20,901 bases of DNA from an uncultured virus (IMG/VR IMGVR_UViG_3300032797_000730) (Duplodnaviria; Heunggongvirae; Uroviricota; Caudoviricetes), in the IMG/VR virus record IMGVR_UViG_3300032797_000730. One strand, 5' to 3'. Shown one piece after another: positions 17,341 through 20,901 of the stretch. Under the pieces are notes generated by a model. That model saw only the letters and a list, made by a program, of their open reading frames with translations. It was not told the DNA's origin and searched no databases. Every line of letters starts with the position of its first letter. Position 1 is the stretch's first letter. A program made the position numbers and the translations under genes.

Positions 17341-19131
17341 TCAAATCATCCTCGTTTGACATGGTATGAAGGGCTGCTGGCCGCACGCCACGTAGGCCAA
17401 GGCGTGGGCGATGACCCTGTCATCGTGATAGGCTTGGGTGCCGTATTTCAAGGTGCGGGTGATGCCGCTCTCGGTGACCTCGTAGCCGAAGTTCAACATC
17501 TCGTTCCAGAACTCGCCGATCTCGGGGATGGAGCGGGGAGGGATGGAAAGGTCGCGGCGCTTGGAATAGCCTTCTATGAGGTAGTTGATGAGGTCTATCT
17601 TGGAGCGAACGTCGAAGATGAAGCCTTTTCGGGGGGCGGCGAAATAGGAGCCGCCTACAACGCGGCCACCGGCGAACAGCTTCTTGGCAGCCTTGTTGGA
17701 GAAGATCGAGGCACGGGAACGCATGGCCTTTAAATCATGGAATATCTCGTCCACGATGGAATCGCCGACACCGGTGGCGTCAGGGACGATCCAGATGGGG
17801 TTATAGAGTGCAACGTATTCCAAAAACGTCTTGCGGATGTCGGAATAGTCGATGCCGCCGTATTGGCCTTTGATGGTGAACATGTGGTCGAAAATGATTT
17901 TTCCCGTCTTGTAGTCCTTGTGCATGATGCACAGGACCGAGTTGTCATGGACCTTGCCAAAGTCCATTCCGATGACGTAGTTAGTGACGGTGGGGTTGGG
18001 GCGGGCCGAGTTGTTGAGCAAGGGATCGGTGGCGTTGTTGAGGAGGGTCTCGGAGAAGACGTTCATGCCCTCCATGATGATCTCGCCAAGGATTTCCTGG
18101 CGGGCGAGAGGGGTGTTGCCTGCGATGTCGAGCTCGTGCTGGATCTCCTCGGGGGTTTTCCAGCTGCAGTGCCAGGGGTCGACGGGGACCACCGTGTACT
18201 CGCCGATGCCGTAGATCCAGTCGTGGCCGCTACACGAGGGGCACGAGGGGATGCCAGCGGGGATGTCGTAGGTCGTGAACTTGTGATACCAAGGCTTGAG
18301 AACTTCGGCATCCTGCTTTAATGATTGCTGGCAGTAGATGGGGCGGCCGCGCTCGTCATGGCCGATGACGTTTTTACAAACGAGAGGGCGGGTACGCATG
18401 GCGACGAAGTAATGGGAGGCCATCTCGCCACGGGAACCGAATGGCGTGGAGAGCATGATCCAGCGCTGGCCGACGCGGCGCATGCAATACAGGATGGCGC
18501 CGCCGATTATTTCATCGGCGATGCGGGATGCCTCGTCGACGAGCCCGAGATGGATTGGCTCGCCGCGGCAGGAATCGTTCGCGGGGTAGGCGGTGAGGTT
18601 GACCTTGCCACCGATCTTGTGGAGTTCCAGCTTGTTGGAATCTTCTACCATGTAGGCGAACGGGGAGTTGTCGATGAGGCGCTTGACTCGGGCCAAAAGG
18701 GACTTGGCGCGGTTCTCGTTGATGGACCAGGTAGCGATGTTGAAGGGACGGTCCATGAAAATGAAGGCACAGGCGGCGGCACAAGCCACGCTCTCTGTTT
18801 TTCCGAACTGGCGAGGCCACATCATGACGACCTCGCGGGGGCGGATGGCCTCGGGGACGATCCAGGGGAACATGGAAATGTCGTAGCCGAACTGCACGGC
18901 GTTGATGGCTGACCTCTGGGCGGGTTCGAGGACGATGTTCTCGTCCCATTTCATGGGGTTGGGGAGGTGACGCTCGGCGAAGCGGGACCAGGAATACGCG
19001 GAGAGCTGCCATCGACGGTACTCATCAACGTCTTTCTGGGGGTCGATGCCGAGCGTGTTGAAGTATTCGGTGACGAACGACGTGTCCACGCCAGCACTGA
19101 GGCCAGCGGAGGAGAATTGAACGCTGGTCAC
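17341..19131 (-). CDS. terL: Terminase large subunit, 596 aa
   Basis: Walker A WPRQFGKT, Walker B LGLVDEA, motif III MLSTP. RNase H-like nuclease motifs IGMDFGKVHD, DATGVG and HDDRVIAHALA. Confidence 0.95.
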   Translation of the reverse strand: MTSVQFSSAGLSAGVDTSFVTEYFNTLGIDPQKDVDEYRRWQLSAYSWSRFAERHLPNPMKWDENIVLEPAQRSAINAVQFGYDISMFPWIVPEAIRPREVVMMWPRQFGKTESVACAAACAFIFMDRPFNIATWSINENRAKSLLARVKRLIDNSPFAYMVEDSNKLELHKIGGKVNLTAYPANDSCRGEPIHLGLVDEASRIADEIIGGAILYCMRRVGQRWIMLSTPFGSRGEMASHYFVAMRTRPLVCKNVIGHDERGRPIYCQQSLKQDAEVLKPWYHKFTTYDIPAGIPSCPSCSGHDWIYGIGEYTVVPVDPWHCSWKTPEEIQHELDIAGNTPLARQEILGEIIMEGMNVFSETLLNNATDPLLNNSARPNPTVTNYVIGMDFGKVHDNSVLCIMHKDYKTGKIIFDHMFTIKGQYGGIDYSDIRKTFLEYVALYNPIWIVPDATGVGDSIVDEIFHDLKAMRSRASIFSNKAAKKLFAGGRVVGGSYFAAPRKGFIFDVRSKIDLINYLIEGYSKRRDLSIPPRSIPEIGEFWNEMLNFGYEVTESGITRTLKYGTQAYHDDRVIAHALAYVACGQQPFIPCQTRMI

Positions 19132-19691
19132 AGGTTCACCACCTTGGGTTTCTTCGCCAGGAGCTCGTACTGCTCCAGTTCCTTTATCATGGCGATCTTG
19201 AACTCGTCCTTGAGCTCGGAGGAGGAGGCGATCACGGCAGCGGCAACGTCCATCTTCTTGAGCTGGACCTTGTCCTGGAAGCCAGAGGTGGACTTGTGGA
19301 GCTCGACGAGGAGCGTGCGGGCCTCTTTCATCCAGGTGGGCAGGCTATGGGGGATCTTGCTTTTCTCGTTCCATTCGATGATGAGGTTGGCGATCACGTT
19401 TTTAGTGATGAGGTAGAGCGACTGCATCTCGGCCATGGTGTCGATGGGCATCGAGGAAGCGATCTCGATGGAGATGGGGTGCATGACTATCTTCTGGGAC
19501 TCGGCCGAGGCGGCTTGGATTGCGGTTCCCTGGGGTGATGGAGGGTCGTTTTGAGAATTGAGGACGGCCCGCTTGGCGGCAGCGAGCAACTTGTCGGCCT
19601 TGGCCTTGTCGCCCTTGCGCCACTGATCGGCCCACTGGGCGAACTCGGCGAGCGAAACGTTCTTCGGGGCACCGGGATCGTCGTCGCTCAT
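19128..19691 (-). CDS. Putative terminase small subunit, about 187 aa
   Basis: Helical protein coupled to terL (GTGA overlap). Likely start ATG 19691 downstream of a TATA box. The call is positional only. Confidence 0.5.
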   Translation of the reverse strand: MSDDDPGAPKNVSLAEFAQWADQWRKGDKAKADKLLAAAKRAVLNSQNDPPSPQGTAIQAASAESQKIVMHPISIEIASSMPIDTMAEMQSLYLITKNVIANLIIEWNEKSKIPHSLPTWMKEARTLLVELHKSTSGFQDKVQLKKMDVAAAVIASSSELKDEFKIAMIKELEQYELLAKKPKVVNL

Positions 19692-19738
19692 GGGCCGCCA
19701 CTTCGAGCGTTCATCGAGGGACAGGGGCGGCTGCAGGC

Positions 19739-19746
19739 TATTTAAA
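19739..19746 (-). promoter_or_regulatory. Archaeal-type TATA box (TTTAAATA) heading the terminase operon
   Basis: Reads TTTAAATA on the minus strand, 47 nt upstream of ATG 19691. Confidence 0.65.
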
Positions 19747-19793
19747 TGTTGGCGGGGGGCAGGGGAAAATGGAAGTGGCAACAAATTTTAACA

Positions 19794-19906
19794 CGAGGTA
19801 CAGCGGGGGATGGCACCTCAAATTGTTGGAAGGGCGATTTCAAGGAAAAATAACGAGGTAAATTAATTTTTGGAGAATGGGGGGAATACCGCGAAGCGGC
19901 GAGGTA
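19794..19906. repeat. Three direct CGAGGTA repeats in an A/T-tract and G-run-rich spacer
   Basis: Exact copies at 19794-19800, 19854-19860 and 19900-19906. Confidence 0.55.
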
Positions 19907-20131
19907 CATCTACATGTGGTACCTTAAAAGTTTTCAAGGGGGGAAACACGAATTAAAAACGAGAGCAAGTTGACTCGGCATCTGCCCACGTCCTCAAAAC
20001 CGAAAGAATTACTCTTCTTAAAATTAATCCCCACGCCTTGTCGGCTTATCCCTTTTGTTAAAATCAAGCGATACTCATTATCTTTGAGTTGTTGTTATAT
20101 CTTCTTGTTATCATCTATCTCGTGCGCTATC

Positions 20132-20139
20132 TTTAAATA
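20132..20139 (+). promoter_or_regulatory. Divergent archaeal-type TATA box (TTTAAATA)
   Basis: Same octamer as the two operon promoters but on the plus strand. Predicts a transcription start near 20163-20166. Confidence 0.55.
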
Positions 20140-20163
20140 GCAAACGAGCGTGTTTGTGATCGA

Positions 20164-20901
20164 TAACAATGCAGACAACAACCTCTGTGGCGCATGAACG
20201 CATACGACATTACTTGTTATGTCGTATCGACGAATTGCAGCACGTTGTTGGTGCATTGTCATTAATCCGATATGCAATAGATGAGATGCGCCGGGCTTGT
20301 CCCGTGTACAGAAAATACGCATTGATTCAACATTACCTTATATCTCGCGTGAGGCTTGTGCGGGTAGTGCAATAGGTCTATTGCATGCGTGAGGATCAGC
20401 GGCGAGGAACCTAGTGTCCTAGTGATGCACTAACCACTATGTTCCGCATCGTGTGTACGCTTGCGAGCATGATGCGGTGGATTTAGGTGCAGATGAGGGA
20501 CGGACACTACCAAGCCGCACTGCGTATAATGGAGCATACGCATTCTCCAGTGTCGCGGAGCTCGTGCGATGCATGCTCGTATAACGTTGGAAGTGAGGGC
20601 GTCACCCGAACCAACGTCATGCTGCATGGCGAGACATCGTTCGATGCATCACGCCTTGGAGACAACCCAGTGCTCCTACGTCTTTGTTTTTTTTTGATCA
20701 TTAGGTGCTTCTCACTTAGAGTAAAACACGTGATCATAATGCTCAAACGCATGAACCAATATCGTCGCTTTGAACCCGAAGATCGATATGCACATAGCCC
20801 ATGTGTGCATCATAATCGCGGACCCTCTGGCCGATGTGTCTACTGCGGTGCTGAAGTCGGCACCCCTAACTACGCGTCAAGCGGTAACAGAAACCGCAGC
20901 C
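20164..20901 (+). ncRNA. Candidate large structured non-coding RNA (family not recognised; may extend past the window)
   Basis: No convincing ORF. Dense nested inverted repeats, including a rod at 20399-20518 and hairpins at 20202-20227, 20584-20617, 20788-20810, 20847-20864 and 20881-20897. G-U pairs favour the plus strand. Upstream TATA box. Confidence 0.55.
20169..20375 (+). CDS. Possible leaderless 68-aa ORF (doubtful)
   Basis: ATG 29 nt after the plus-strand TATA box. However, codon usage is unlike the GC3-rich viral genes and the sequence is itself hairpin-rich. Confidence 0.22.
   Translation: MQTTTSVAHERIRHYLLCRIDELQHVVGALSLIRYAIDEMRRACPVYRKYALIQHYLISRVRLVRVVQ

Larger units (their letters stand above)
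1..19746 (-). mobile_element. Tailed dsDNA virus/provirus morphogenesis module (myovirus-type, Mu-like gene order), probably archaeal host
   Basis: Continuous minus-strand operon from terminase through portal, protease, MCP, neck, sheath, tube and TMP to baseplate hub. Many 4-nt stop/start overlaps. GGTGA SD motifs and TTTAAATA boxes. No integrase, transposase or att site in the window. Confidence 0.93.

Noticed and set aside
15991..17733. 580-aa plus-strand ORF, and other long plus-strand ORFs such as 9509-10573 and 6344-7288
   Set aside because: Antisense shadows of GC3-rich portal, terL, MCP and sheath genes. His/Val/Leu-rich composition with no motifs.
18200..18400. Intein in TerL
   Set aside because: The insertion is too short and lacks the intein N-terminal block and the C-terminal HN-C/S/T junction.
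19794..19906. Mini CRISPR array
   Set aside because: Repeats are only 7-8 nt with unequal spacing (60 and 46 nt).
20095..20752. Small minus-strand ORFs (75, 65 and 81 aa)
   Set aside because: No SD or promoter support, atypical codon usage, and they overlap the structured region.
20400..20901. RNase P, tRNA or tracrRNA identity for the structured region (GAGGAA at 20404, ACAGAAA near 20887, GGTGC...GCACC hairpin)
   Set aside because: Only short fragments match. The conserved motif order and P4 pairing of RNase P, a tRNA cloverleaf, and cas genes or an array are not visible.

Overview
Almost the whole window (1-19691, minus strand) is one tightly coupled virion-morphogenesis operon of a tailed dsDNA virus or provirus (Caudoviricetes) with a contractile tail. 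Gene order from right to left: putative TerS, TerL, DUF935/Mu gp29-like portal, small ORF, 735-aa very basic protein with a C-terminal Mu gpG/HK97 gp10-like domain, two Zn-ribbon proteins, YdjM-like membrane metallohydrolase, protease-scaffold fusion, decoration protein, HK97-fold major capsid protein, adaptor, head-closure protein fused to lectin-like domains, tail terminator, sheath, tube, chaperone, short tape measure, tube initiator, and baseplate hub (truncated at the window edge). The order closely follows phage Mu. The expression signals look archaeal: GGTGA/GAGGTGA Shine-Dalgarno motifs and three identical TTTAAATA TATA boxes. An Asgard (Lokiarchaeia-like) host is a tentative inference. 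The most unusual element lies to the right of the terminase. After an AT/G-run-rich spacer with CGAGGTA repeats, a plus-strand TATA box (20132-20139) precedes about 740 nt of essentially non-coding sequence packed with nested stems and G-U pairs on the plus strand. This is a candidate large, uncharacterised viral structured ncRNA. All product calls come from motif recognition and synteny by eye; no database searches were run.
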